Origin: Brevundimonas sp.
Lineage (GTDB): Bacteria; Pseudomonadota; Alphaproteobacteria; Caulobacterales; Caulobacteraceae
Reading direction: 5' to 3'
NCBI RefSeq assembly: GCF_013912005.1
Contig: NZ_JACESB010000006.1
Location: 35,784 to 99,783 of the forward strand
Length of the DNA stretch: 64,000 nt
The notes below the pieces were generated by a model, which saw nothing but the letters and a program-made list of their open reading frames with translations, made no database searches and had not been told where the DNA came from. The stretch's first letter is position 1; every line of letters begins with the position of its first letter. Position numbers and translations under genes: made by a program. Below, piece after piece: positions 11,777-21,103 of the stretch.

Positions 11777-13051
11777 ATGACGCACGACGACGCCGGTCGG
11801 CCGAGCCGGGACGAGGTGCTCAATCGGGCGTGTTTCTGCATCACGCTCGAACGGCCGGCGCTCGAGACCGCCCTTCGCCGCGAAACCTCAGATCCGCAAT
11901 TGATCGACGCCCTGCTTTCCGAGCGTCCGCATCTATTCTCGAACGCGCCCGTCTTCGTCTCCAAAGAGGACCTCGCGGCTATGACCGTGGTCGTGGAGGC
12001 CTTGGAAGCGGCGGCCGAGACCCCAAGCTACCAGGAGCAGGTGCTGAGCTGGGCGCCCGAGATCGCTCGGCGGGATTTTGGCCCTCGCGGCGCCTTCATG
12101 GGGTACGACTTCCATCTGGGCGACGACGGGCCGCGGCTCATCGAGATCAACACCAACGCCGGCGGCGCCTTCCTCAACGCCATCCTGGCGCGGGCGCAGA
12201 GCGCTTGCTGTCGCGAGGTGAGAGAGGCCTTTCCGGTTGACGGGTCCGGAGCGTTCGAGGCGGCGGTCTGGCGCATGTTCCTCGACGAATGGGCGTCGCA
12301 AGGGAGGGCTGGGCAGCCCGGCCTGATCGCCATTGTCGACGACAGGCCGACGGAGCAGTACCTCTATCCGGAGTTCCTGCTGGCGAAGTCGCTGTTCGAA
12401 CGGCGCGGGGTCGAGGCGGTGATCGCCGATCCGACGGAGTTCGACCACGCCGGCGGCCGGCTGTCGCACCGGGGTCGTGCGATCGACCTGGTCTACAACC
12501 GGCTCGTGGATTTCGCTTTCGAGGCGGAAGACCACCGACCGTTTCGTGACGCCTACCTCGATGGGGCGGTGGTGGTGACGCCGAACGCCCGAAATCACGC
12601 TCTGCTGGCCGACAAGCGGAACCTGGTGCTGCTTTCCGACCCGGCGGCTGTGCGCGCGTTGGCGCTTCCGGATCGACACGAGCGGGCGCTGGCGGCGATT
12701 CCGAGAACCATTCTCGTGACCAAGGAAAACGCTGAAGCGATGTGGGCCGACCGCAAGCAGTTCTTCTTCAAGCCCGCGGGCGGGCACGGCGGCAAGGCGG
12801 TCTACCGTGGCGACAAGATCACCCGCGGGGTTTGGGCGCATGTGAGCAAGGGCGGCTACATCGCCCAGGAGGTTGCCCCGCCCGGTGAGCGCCGGCTCCG
12901 CGTGGACGGCGAGGTGCGGTCTCTGAAGCTGGACGTCCGCCTCTACACCTACCGAGCCAGGCCCCTTCTTGCCGCCGCCCGCCTCTATCAGGGCCAGACC
13001 ACCAACTTCAGGACTCCCGGCGGCGGTTTCGCGCCGGTCTATGCGGCGTAG
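11777..13051 (+). CDS. ATP-grasp-like ligase (glutathionylspermidine synthase / circularly permuted ATP-grasp-like), function unknown
   Basis: Motifs GYDFH...LIEINTNAGG, VYNRLVDF, FKPAGGHGGK, YIAQE and DVRLY; GAGGA RBS. Confidence 0.7.
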   Translation: MTHDDAGRPSRDEVLNRACFCITLERPALETALRRETSDPQLIDALLSERPHLFSNAPVFVSKEDLAAMTVVVEALEAAAETPSYQEQVLSWAPEIARRDFGPRGAFMGYDFHLGDDGPRLIEINTNAGGAFLNAILARAQSACCREVREAFPVDGSGAFEAAVWRMFLDEWASQGRAGQPGLIAIVDDRPTEQYLYPEFLLAKSLFERRGVEAVIADPTEFDHAGGRLSHRGRAIDLVYNRLVDFAFEAEDHRPFRDAYLDGAVVVTPNARNHALLADKRNLVLLSDPAAVRALALPDRHERALAAIPRTILVTKENAEAMWADRKQFFFKPAGGHGGKAVYRGDKITRGVWAHVSKGGYIAQEVAPPGERRLRVDGEVRSLKLDVRLYTYRARPLLAAARLYQGQTTNFRTPGGGFAPVYAA

Positions 13052-13175
13052 GGGCGGCGACGGAGGGGATGCGGGCGGTAAGCCCAGCCCTTAAGTCGAC
13101 CGTTGCGGCAACTCCCAGTTGCCATCATCGGCGAGGTGTCCGAGCCTCGCCCGTCTTTCCAGACGGGTGAGTGCG

Positions 13176-14126
13176 ATGCCGACAACAGTGGTCAAGCCGA
13201 TCCATTTCGAAGACTTCGGCGGCGTGGATTTCGAGCGCCTGGTCTTCGCCTACCTGCTGCGGGCGGGCTGGGTCGATGTCGCCTGGCACGGCCAGACAGG
13301 GAGTGACTTGGGCCGCGACATCATCGGGACGCAGGTCTTCGATGATGAACCTAATCGCCGAACCGTCGTGCAGTGCGTCAATCGCAGCAGCCTCACCAAG
13401 ACCAAGGCCGAACGGGACATGCGGCGGCCCGCCGATGCCCCGACCGGAAAGCCCGACGCCATACGCTTCATCTGTCGCGCCAACATCTCGTCGGAGCGAC
13501 GGGACCACGTCAGAATCTTTGGCCGGTCGCTCGGCGTAACGCACGCCGACGCCTGGTCGGGCGGCGAGTTCGAGGAGCATCTGCGCCATGACGCCGAGTT
13601 CCTGTTGCGGCGGTTCGTGGAAGGCGTGGCGTTCCCCGACGGCGCTGAGGATTTACGCCGGTTCATTGGCGATTTCCCGGACCTGACTGACGATGACGCA
13701 CTGCAGCTGATGGCGGCGGTGTTCGATCGTCCCGTCTTCCGCACGCCCTTCCAGGGTGAAAGCCAGTTGCCGGCCTTCCAACAGGCGATCAGCGACACCA
13801 TCGAAGCGCTCAACACCGGCGTGTGGCGAACGCGGGAAGGGCTTGAGGTGCGGCGCATCCCGTCACGCCATCACATCCGGTCGGCCGCCGTCCGGGCAAC
13901 GTTGGCGACCGTCGTCGAGAAGCTCGACCTCACGCGCGAGCTGTTCAGGGCCCGGCTGGCCGACGGTGGCGTGCGGCATTGCGACTGCGGCCAGGAGGAC
14001 TGCCCCGTATTCATGGTAACTGAGGCGGCGGCAGCTGAACTCGACACGGCGAGAAGGGACGCGCTGCGGACCTTCGGCTCGGTGACCCACGGGTTCGATG
14101 TCGAAATCCGGGAAGGCCGCTGGTGA
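13176..14126 (+). CDS. Mrr-like PD-(D/E)XK restriction-endonuclease domain protein with an unrecognised C-terminal domain
   Basis: N-terminal FEDF..VDFERLV..L, GQTGSDLGRDI, VVQC and W.G..FE..L pattern of Mrr_cat-type domains. ATG at 13176. Confidence 0.7.
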   Translation: MPTTVVKPIHFEDFGGVDFERLVFAYLLRAGWVDVAWHGQTGSDLGRDIIGTQVFDDEPNRRTVVQCVNRSSLTKTKAERDMRRPADAPTGKPDAIRFICRANISSERRDHVRIFGRSLGVTHADAWSGGEFEEHLRHDAEFLLRRFVEGVAFPDGAEDLRRFIGDFPDLTDDDALQLMAAVFDRPVFRTPFQGESQLPAFQQAISDTIEALNTGVWRTREGLEVRRIPSRHHIRSAAVRATLATVVEKLDLTRELFRARLADGGVRHCDCGQEDCPVFMVTEAAAAELDTARRDALRTFGSVTHGFDVEIREGRW

Positions 14127-15109
14127 GTGCGCCCTCGCTCTATGCTCGGATGCGCGAGCACGGGACGCTGACGGAGACGCCCAAGGACATCCCCGACGCG
14201 GTTTTCGCGCTGCCGTCGACTCTCAACTGGATGAAGGCCCTGGCGATCCTGACTACGGAACTTGGGGTGGATTTCCAGAACGCGCGGACCTTCTACCAGC
14301 GCGTCCAGCGACGCGACCTGGCCGAGCCGCAACTTAACTCGGTCTTCGAGCAACTCCTTTTCTCTCTCAATCAGCTCGCGGCCCTGCGTGCCCTGACGGC
14401 GGTCCCGAACAAGGCCGATGTCGCCCGGGTCGGCATCGTGACCTGGTACTATGGCGTCTACGGCGCGGCCTCGGCGATGATCGCGGCCGCAGACGGGTCC
14501 TTTCCGGAGACTCACGCGATGACGGCCCTGCAGTGGGACCGGCAGTTCGCCAACCCCAAGCTGGCGATGCCGCCCTTCGCCGATCGACTGAGCAGTGTGA
14601 AGAAGACCGACGCCGACGCAGAACTGGCGGCGCCCCGATCGCGCGGACAGTATTCGTTGACCATCACGCCAACAACGCTCGAACAGGCTTGGGGGTGTAG
14701 TGCGGAGTACCTGTCCGGCACCGCGGCCTGGGAACGATGGAACCAGGAGCAGCGGGTCCGGAGTTCCCCGGCCTTCAAAGCCTTGGAGGTCGAGGACTTT
14801 CGCACCAAGGCCGCCCGGGAACTGCGCGACGCCGCCTTCGTCCGAAAGAGCATCTGCTTCCTCCACGAGGCGTCCCGCTATCGCGGCAAGGCCAACTATC
14901 GGGACGCCATCTATCTCGCCTACGGCAGGTCTGTCTCGACCCTGGTCGATGGCTTCATCGACGATCTGGCGATCGTGCTGTCCCGCTTCTCCGCCATGGC
15001 CGCGGGCTACAGTTCGGTGCGGATGGGCAGGGACCGCTGGACCGAGTTCATGACGGACCTGGAAGCCCGGCGGGCTATTTCACTCTCGCCATTGGAGGTG
15101 TGGTCGTAG
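14123..15109 (+). CDS. Hypothetical protein with HEPN-like motifs
   Basis: GTG start overlaps the upstream TGA (GTGA 14123-14126). WYYGVYGAASAMIAA resembles the HEPN YYAxFHAA helix; later TH and RYRGKANY (R..A(D/N)Y-like) motifs. Confidence 0.6.
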   Translation: MSAPSLYARMREHGTLTETPKDIPDAVFALPSTLNWMKALAILTTELGVDFQNARTFYQRVQRRDLAEPQLNSVFEQLLFSLNQLAALRALTAVPNKADVARVGIVTWYYGVYGAASAMIAAADGSFPETHAMTALQWDRQFANPKLAMPPFADRLSSVKKTDADAELAAPRSRGQYSLTITPTTLEQAWGCSAEYLSGTAAWERWNQEQRVRSSPAFKALEVEDFRTKAARELRDAAFVRKSICFLHEASRYRGKANYRDAIYLAYGRSVSTLVDGFIDDLAIVLSRFSAMAAGYSSVRMGRDRWTEFMTDLEARRAISLSPLEVWS

Positions 15110-15423
15110 ATGCGCGAAGGCGCAGTGGGCCAGCAGGGCTGATAGCAAGCCTAGACTCACTGTAGTGTCAGCCGTGCTACAAGCGAGGCCGGGGACCCCG
15201 GAAATCGACCTTGCGACCGAAGTAAACAGCTATGAATGTGCTGCTGATAGGGTCTCCGGCGTTGTCAATAGGTCGCGAAAGATGTCCGGATCACCGACTT
15301 TTTATTTCATCCGTTTTCACTAGTCTTTTCAATGGCGTTAGATTTTTCCGGTCTTCTGATCGGCCTGAGCCAGGCTGTCGACAAGAAAATCCCGATAAAA
15401 CAAATAGTTATTTAATTTCAAGT

Positions 15424-15439
15424 GATCGAGTGGGAGTGA
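15424..15439 (+). repeat. att-site-like duplication of the guaA 3' end (GATCGAGTGGGAGTGA)
   Basis: Encodes IEWE*, the conserved GuaA C-terminus, in non-coding context. Contains the GAGTGGGA core known for guaA-targeting islands. Immediately preceded by ATAAAACAAATAGTTATTTAATTTCAA. Confidence 0.7.
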
Positions 15440-15682
15440 GGGGCGGCGGGCATGCGGGAGCGCCCTCCGGCGAGGGGCTTTCGTTGATGACGTCGGGCAG
15501 GCGCCGGAGCCTAAATCCAGTGGGTCTGCTCCTGACGGCCTTCTGACCTTCGCCGTGTCCGGTTGCGGATTCCTGTAATCGGCCGATAAGGGCAACATGG
15601 TCTGGCCGCAGACAATGGAGGCTCTTCGCCTCTTGCTCGCGGTGTTTTCCGTGGTACTCGCAGAAGGCGAGTGGGGGCTTAG

Positions 15683-16081
15683 GTGACGGACCAGAGCAGC
15701 GCCGACATCGGCACGGTCGTCGGTCAGGCGGATTCCGGCCTCGCCTGTCTGGCCATGCTGCTGGCGTTCCACCAGATGCCTGCTGCTCCCGAACAGCTGA
15801 GGCATTCGCTCGGCCACGGCGAGCCGGCTGACGAGGCTGACCTCGTCGGGCTGGCCAGACGTCTGGGGGCTCGCGCCAAGTCGGCGTCTGTTGATGTCGA
15901 GCGGCTTCTCGATCTCCCGCTGCCGGCCATCTGACGGGACGCGTCCGGGAACTTCTTCCTGATCGCAGCGGTGCGGGACGACGAAGTCCTGATCCAGCGG
16001 CCGGGCGAGCCGGCGCAGCGGCTGCCTCTCGGGCGGCTGGCGGAAGGGTGGTCCGGCCGGCGCTTGCGGCCAGACCGCTGA
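15683..16081 (+). pseudogene. Truncated HlyB-type type I secretion ABC transporter (C39-like N-terminal domain only)
   Basis: DSGLACLAMLLAFH...LARRLGARAK...LPLPAI. After an in-frame TGA at 15932-15934 the homology continues (RDASGNFFLIAAVRDDEVLIQRP...GWSGR) to TGATGA at 16079. No TM or ATPase domains follow. Confidence 0.8.
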
Positions 16082-16258
16082 TGAAGCGGAAGCCCGTCGC
16101 CGCGCTTGGGCCGCAGCTCATCAGCCGCGGCCGTAGGGTCCTGCTTCGCGATTTTGACTGCGGGGCTGCCAATCTGGATGTCGTGTTTTTGGCGCTCAGG
16201 GAATGACCGCTCCTGGCGCGGAGCAGTACTGCTTCGCGCCGCCAAGGAATGGCCCCGG

Positions 16259-16477
16259 TTAGCTGACCGCGAGTTCGACCAGCTGAGCTGCTATCGCGGT
16301 CCACGCGGCCAAACTCATGGCACAAATAGCTATGGCCCATTTTGTCAGCCATTCGATTTTGTCGCCGATGCGCACCAGGTCATCTTTGGTCGCGAGGACA
16401 CCTGTGACCGAGCGCCCTGCGTTAGACGGAGCGTGAATGTTTGACTCAGTTTCAATCACGCTGCGCCTCGCTATCAT
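16259..16477 (-). CDS. Possible small membrane-anchored protein with an ATKxDL coiled-coil motif (may be a remnant)
   Basis: C-terminus LATKDDLVRIGDKIEWLTKWAIAICAMSLAAW followed by a TM helix. Start uncertain. Confidence 0.3.
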   Translation of the reverse strand: MIARRSVIETESNIHAPSNAGRSVTGVLATKDDLVRIGDKIEWLTKWAIAICAMSLAAWTAIAAQLVELAVS

Positions 16478-16957
16478 TTCGAGTTGCGGAAAGCCGGGCC
16501 TTCCAGCCGCCCTGGACGGTGACCCAACCGCGACCAGAACTGCCTGCGCATGATGCGTCCCTGAAGTCGCCCCAGACAAGCGAGAAGTATGGCGGTAGAG
16601 TTCGGCTTCCAGCGTGCCTAGGAATGGCGTCTTTCCGCCTTGCCGGCAACGCTGGAAGCGGTGCCTAGCGGAGCTCCCCATCACGCGGGAACGTCCACGG
16701 TCCCAGATATACTATGGTGACCAGTGCGAGCTCCCGCACCCAATATCGCAGTCTCATCGCCGTCCTGGTCCCCCAGGGCGGCGATTTTGCGTTGGGCGGC
16801 CCGGCTCGACCTTGCGGCGCGCCTGTCGGAGCATGTCATCGTCCCGATCGGGCCTGCGCACCGGCCCCGGCGTCAGCCGCGGGCGCGCTGACGCTGCTCC
16901 GGGAGGGCTTCCCGGCCGCCGGCGCTCTCCGCCATCCGGCCGGCCCTCCGGCGTCGG

Positions 16958-19936
16958 TCACAGGCGCCAGCGCAGGCCGAGGCTGAAGCTGCGTCCGGCG
17001 CGGCCCAGCTGCAGCAGCCGGCTGCGGTCGCCCTCCCAGGCCATGTCCGTGGCGTCGGTCAGATTGGTCGCGCCGACGACCAGCTGCGCCGCGGGGCCGA
17101 TGTCCCAGGTGGCCTGGGCGTCGAGATATCCGGCGGGGGCGACCACGAACGAACTGACGCCGCCGCCCTGCATGTCGGCCTCCGACCGGAAGGCGGAGCG
17201 CCAGGACCAGGACAGCGCCAGTTCGAACGGGCCGCGCTCGAAATAGGGATTGAGCGACCAGGCGAGGTCGGAGACCCCCGCCAGCTCGCGCCGCGCGCCG
17301 CTGGTCCGGTCGGTGGCGCTGGCGCGGGTCCAGGTGGCGCTGGCCCACAGGCCCAGACCGGACGGAAGGCGGTGGTTGAAACCGAGCTCCAGCCCCGTGG
17401 TCCGCGCATGGCCGACGTTGCGCGGCCGCGACATCATCACCTCGGCGGTCACCGCCGCGCCGGCCCGGGTCTCGAACACCAGGGCCTCGGGCGCCTCGAC
17501 CGTCAGGATGAAGTCGTCGATCGACTTGTGAAACGCCGCCACGCTGAGGGCCCCGCGGGGGAAGCTCCACTCCCACGACAGGTCATAGTTGGTCGACCGA
17601 TAGGGCCGGAGCGCCGGATTGCCCCCCACGCCGGTGAAGATGGTGCCGGGGGCGGGATCGTCGATCTCCGCCTGGCCGCGATCGAAGATGGCCCGCACCA
17701 GGGTGCTGGCCGGCACGGTGGCGGACCTCAGGTCGGCCAGCGACGGGCGGGTGATCGTGCGCGAGACCGCCAGCCGCAGCAGCCGGTCCTCGTCCAGCTC
17801 GATGGCCAGGTTGGCGCTGGGCAGCCAGACCCGGTGCGAACCGGCGTGTCCGGCCGGCCGGACCTCGAGGACGCCGTCGGCGTCGACGCCGAGGATGGAG
17901 CCCTCCACCGCCGTCCGGACGTCGACCAGCCGCACGCCGAGATTTCCGAAGGTCGGCCGGCCCCCGAGCTCTCCGGCCACGTCGAGGCGGACATAGGCCG
18001 CCGCGATCCGTTCGCCGACGCGATAGGAGTTCTGAAGGTCCGCTCCGGTCGGGGCCAGATCCCGGGGGCGGGGCGACACTCCGTCGAACTCGCCGGGAAT
18101 GACGAAGGCGGTCTCGAACCAGTCTGATCCGGCGGTGATCCAGGGGCCGGGCCGGACCGTCAGCAGCCGTTCGAACACGGCGTCGGGCGTGGCGGCGGCA
18201 TAGGCGCCGGCGGCGGGATCGAAGCCGGGCCGCAGCGCCGCTTCCCGGTCGCGCCGCTGGTAGTCCCGGTTGCGGTCGCTGATCTGGAACCCGACCTGCA
18301 CCGCCGACAGGCCGCCGGGCCCCCGGCCCTGAAGCGGTCGCCGGGCGTCGAGCCTCGCCGTCACGTCGTCGTCCCGGGACTCCACCGCCCGGACGTGGAG
18401 GCGCGGCGGTCCGAGAAGGGCCGGGTCCAGCAGGTCGAAACCGGTCGACAGGCGGGCCGCCCGCCGGCGGGTTGCGGCGTCTCCCAGGTCGAAGGCCCAG
18501 GCGACGTCGGATGCGGACGTGGCGGATATGCGCTGCAGCGGCGTGTCGAGCACGGAGCGGGCCAGCGAGCCGCTGAGCCGCGGCGTGATCCGCCAGTTCC
18601 CCCGGCGCCAGACGGCGCCGACGGACGCCGCCAGGTTCAGGTGGGACTGGTCCGAGAACTCGGTGTTGTTGTCGATCTCGCCGTCCGCGACCGCTCCGGC
18701 CACCACCACCCCGTCCCGCACCCGGGCCGAGGCGCCCGGCGCCTGCAGCCGCTCGCCGAGGCCGAACACCAGCCGGTCCTCGCGGATCGCGTTGTCGAAG
18801 GTCGAGGCCAGGGCGTCGACATCCAGCGACAGGGTCGGAGACAGGCGCCAGTCGGCGCCTAGGAAGGCGCTGCGCCGGCGACGATCCTCGCGCTCCACCG
18901 TGGTGCGCACGTCGTTCGGCGCGGCCACCGTGACGCCCTCGAGCGCCAGATCCCGGTAGCGCTGGATCTGGAAGCGGTCGTAGAGCACCGACCGCTCCTC
19001 CTGCGCCACCCCCGCGACCACGCCGCGCTCGCCGTCGGCGGAGACCAGCCGTCCCGCGACGGAAACGTCCGGCCCGAGCCGTCCCGTGCGCCGTTCGAGA
19101 CCGGCGCCGGCGCGCACGGTCAGGAACGGCTCGCCGTCGAGCCCGCCGACGGTCTCGATGTCGATATTGGCGCCGATGCCGCCGTCGATCAGGTCGGGCG
19201 TCGCGGACTTGGTCAGGCGGGCCCCGGCCAGAAGATCGGCGGACAGGGCGCGGAAGCGGAATTGACGGCCGCTCTGGGTCGAGTTGCGGATGTTCTCGTT
19301 GAAGGCCACGGGCGCGCCGTTCAGGGTGACCGACTGGAACAGGGGCCCCAGACCCCGGACGCTGACGAACTGTCCCTCGCCCACCTCGCGCTCGATGGCG
19401 ACGCCGGGGACGCGCTGCAGGGCCTCGGCGAGATTGGCGGCGGGCGCCTCGCCGATCCGGGCCGCTGAAACCCCGTCCGAGATGACGTCGGCCTCCCGCT
19501 TGCGGCGCACGGCTTCGTCGATCTGTTCGGAGAACCGGCCGAGCACCACCACCGGCTCCAGTTCGGTCGGCTCCGCCTCCGGCGGGGCCGGCGGAGGCGC
19601 AGGCGGGGGCGCGGCCCGGACCTCCGCCCAGACCCGCACCCCGCGCGGGCCGACGAAGCGGTAGCGCAGGTCCGATCCCTGCAGCATGCGCCGCACCGCC
19701 GTCCGCCACGACATCCGTCCGCGCACGGCGCGCGTGCGCAGCCCGGGGCGCGGCCCCAGGAACACCAGTTCGCAGTCGGCGGCGAGGCACAGCTCGACCA
19801 GGGCCGCGGAGGCGTCTTGGGCCGGGATGTCGAGGTTGCGCAGGTCGGCGTCCTGGGCCGCAGCCGGCGAGGCCGCCAACGCCAGGCCGAACGCCGCCGC
19901 CACGCCGACCGGCAGCGATGGTGCAAGCGGTTTCAC
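16958..19936 (-). CDS. TonB-dependent receptor with N-terminal STN signalling domain
   Basis: Signal peptide, then LDIPAQDASAAL (STN) and a Pro-rich linker. Plug NLAEALQRVPGV...VSVRGL, barrel GGNPALRPY, C-terminal GRSFSLGLRWRL. Confidence 0.92.
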   Translation of the reverse strand: MKPLAPSLPVGVAAAFGLALAASPAAAQDADLRNLDIPAQDASAALVELCLAADCELVFLGPRPGLRTRAVRGRMSWRTAVRRMLQGSDLRYRFVGPRGVRVWAEVRAAPPPAPPPAPPEAEPTELEPVVVLGRFSEQIDEAVRRKREADVISDGVSAARIGEAPAANLAEALQRVPGVAIEREVGEGQFVSVRGLGPLFQSVTLNGAPVAFNENIRNSTQSGRQFRFRALSADLLAGARLTKSATPDLIDGGIGANIDIETVGGLDGEPFLTVRAGAGLERRTGRLGPDVSVAGRLVSADGERGVVAGVAQEERSVLYDRFQIQRYRDLALEGVTVAAPNDVRTTVEREDRRRRSAFLGADWRLSPTLSLDVDALASTFDNAIREDRLVFGLGERLQAPGASARVRDGVVVAGAVADGEIDNNTEFSDQSHLNLAASVGAVWRRGNWRITPRLSGSLARSVLDTPLQRISATSASDVAWAFDLGDAATRRRAARLSTGFDLLDPALLGPPRLHVRAVESRDDDVTARLDARRPLQGRGPGGLSAVQVGFQISDRNRDYQRRDREAALRPGFDPAAGAYAAATPDAVFERLLTVRPGPWITAGSDWFETAFVIPGEFDGVSPRPRDLAPTGADLQNSYRVGERIAAAYVRLDVAGELGGRPTFGNLGVRLVDVRTAVEGSILGVDADGVLEVRPAGHAGSHRVWLPSANLAIELDEDRLLRLAVSRTITRPSLADLRSATVPASTLVRAIFDRGQAEIDDPAPGTIFTGVGGNPALRPYRSTNYDLSWEWSFPRGALSVAAFHKSIDDFILTVEAPEALVFETRAGAAVTAEVMMSRPRNVGHARTTGLELGFNHRLPSGLGLWASATWTRASATDRTSGARRELAGVSDLAWSLNPYFERGPFELALSWSWRSAFRSEADMQGGGVSSFVVAPAGYLDAQATWDIGPAAQLVVGATNLTDATDMAWEGDRSRLLQLGRAGRSFSLGLRWRL

Positions 19937-20014
19937 GCGGCGATACCCAGTCGAGACGGCGGCGGGAGCAGCCCGATCCCTTAGCGTCGTGGCGTGACAG
20001 CTCTGCGATAGCGC

Positions 20015-21016
20015 CTATTCGGCGCGGATCAGGGTTCGTCCGTCCGTCGTGGTCTCGACCGATATCGGCAGCAGCCGGTCCATCCGCTCGACCAGGGTTC
20101 CCTGCCCGGTCAGCGGCAGGACCGCGGTCACCCGGGTGCGGGCCAGCCGGGCGTCGGCGACCACCAGCGGCCGGTCGGCGTAGCGGCCGGCGGCGGCGAC
20201 CACCTCGGACAGGGGGGCGTCGCGGAACACCAGCCGGCGCTTGCGCCACGCGGTCGGGGTCTCGACGTCGACCTGTTCCGGCCGGCCCGGGCCGTCGGCG
20301 GTCAGCCGCAGCCTCTGGCCGGGGAGCAGGCGAACCGCGCCGGCCAGGGCGTCGGGATCGCCGGCGTCCCTGGCGCTGACGGACACCCGGCCCTCCAGCA
20401 GGAACACCTCGCCGCCCGCGTCGGTGAGCGCAGTGACGAAGCGGGTGCCGGTCACGATCACCCGCTGGTCCGCCAGGGCGACCTGGAAGGGGACGGCCGC
20501 GTCATGCGCCACCTCGAAATAGGCCGCGCCGCGTTCCAGCCCGACGCGCCGGACGTCGTCCGACAGGTCGACCCGGATCGCCGAGTCGGCGTCCAGCGTC
20601 ACCCTCGACCCGTCCGCGAGCACCACGTCGCGAATCTGCGTCGGCGAGCTCCGGTAGAGCTCGCCGGGGGACCGCAACATCGGCCACGCCAGGGTCACGG
20701 CGACGGTGAGGGCGGCGGCCGCCAGCCCCCCGGCCGCCAGCGCCCGGTTCCGCGGCCGCGCGAGCCCGGCGCCGGTCCGGGCGGGCCGCTGGCCGAGCCG
20801 GGCCAGGTCGGCCGCGAACATCGCCCGCAGCGGCTCGAGCGCGAGGCTGTCCGCCCTGGCCGCCTCGTACCGGGCGAGGTGATCAGGATCCGCCTCCAGC
20901 CACGCCAGGAACCCGTCCTGGTCGCGCGCGTCGACATCCGGCCGGCTCATGCGCGCCAGCCAGTCCTCGGCAGTCCGGGGCCGTCGGTCGAACAGGGCCG
21001 TCAGGCGGTCGATCAT
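20015..21016 (-). CDS. fecR: FecR-family anti-sigma / transmembrane sensor
   Basis: A.DWLARM...F..WL, one TM helix, LADGSRVTLDADS, GAAYFEVAHD...PF.V, VTGTRF and W....LVF.D.PL motifs. Confidence 0.92.
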   Translation of the reverse strand: MIDRLTALFDRRPRTAEDWLARMSRPDVDARDQDGFLAWLEADPDHLARYEAARADSLALEPLRAMFAADLARLGQRPARTGAGLARPRNRALAAGGLAAAALTVAVTLAWPMLRSPGELYRSSPTQIRDVVLADGSRVTLDADSAIRVDLSDDVRRVGLERGAAYFEVAHDAAVPFQVALADQRVIVTGTRFVTALTDAGGEVFLLEGRVSVSARDAGDPDALAGAVRLLPGQRLRLTADGPGRPEQVDVETPTAWRKRRLVFRDAPLSEVVAAAGRYADRPLVVADARLARTRVTAVLPLTGQGTLVERMDRLLPISVETTTDGRTLIRAE

Positions 21017-21103
21017 GAGCGGGCGGGTCTCCTCACCGAAGGCGTACCCGGACGGTCGCCGCGATTCCCTTCACAAGTCACAACGATCCAGCCGGCCGAC
21101 ACC

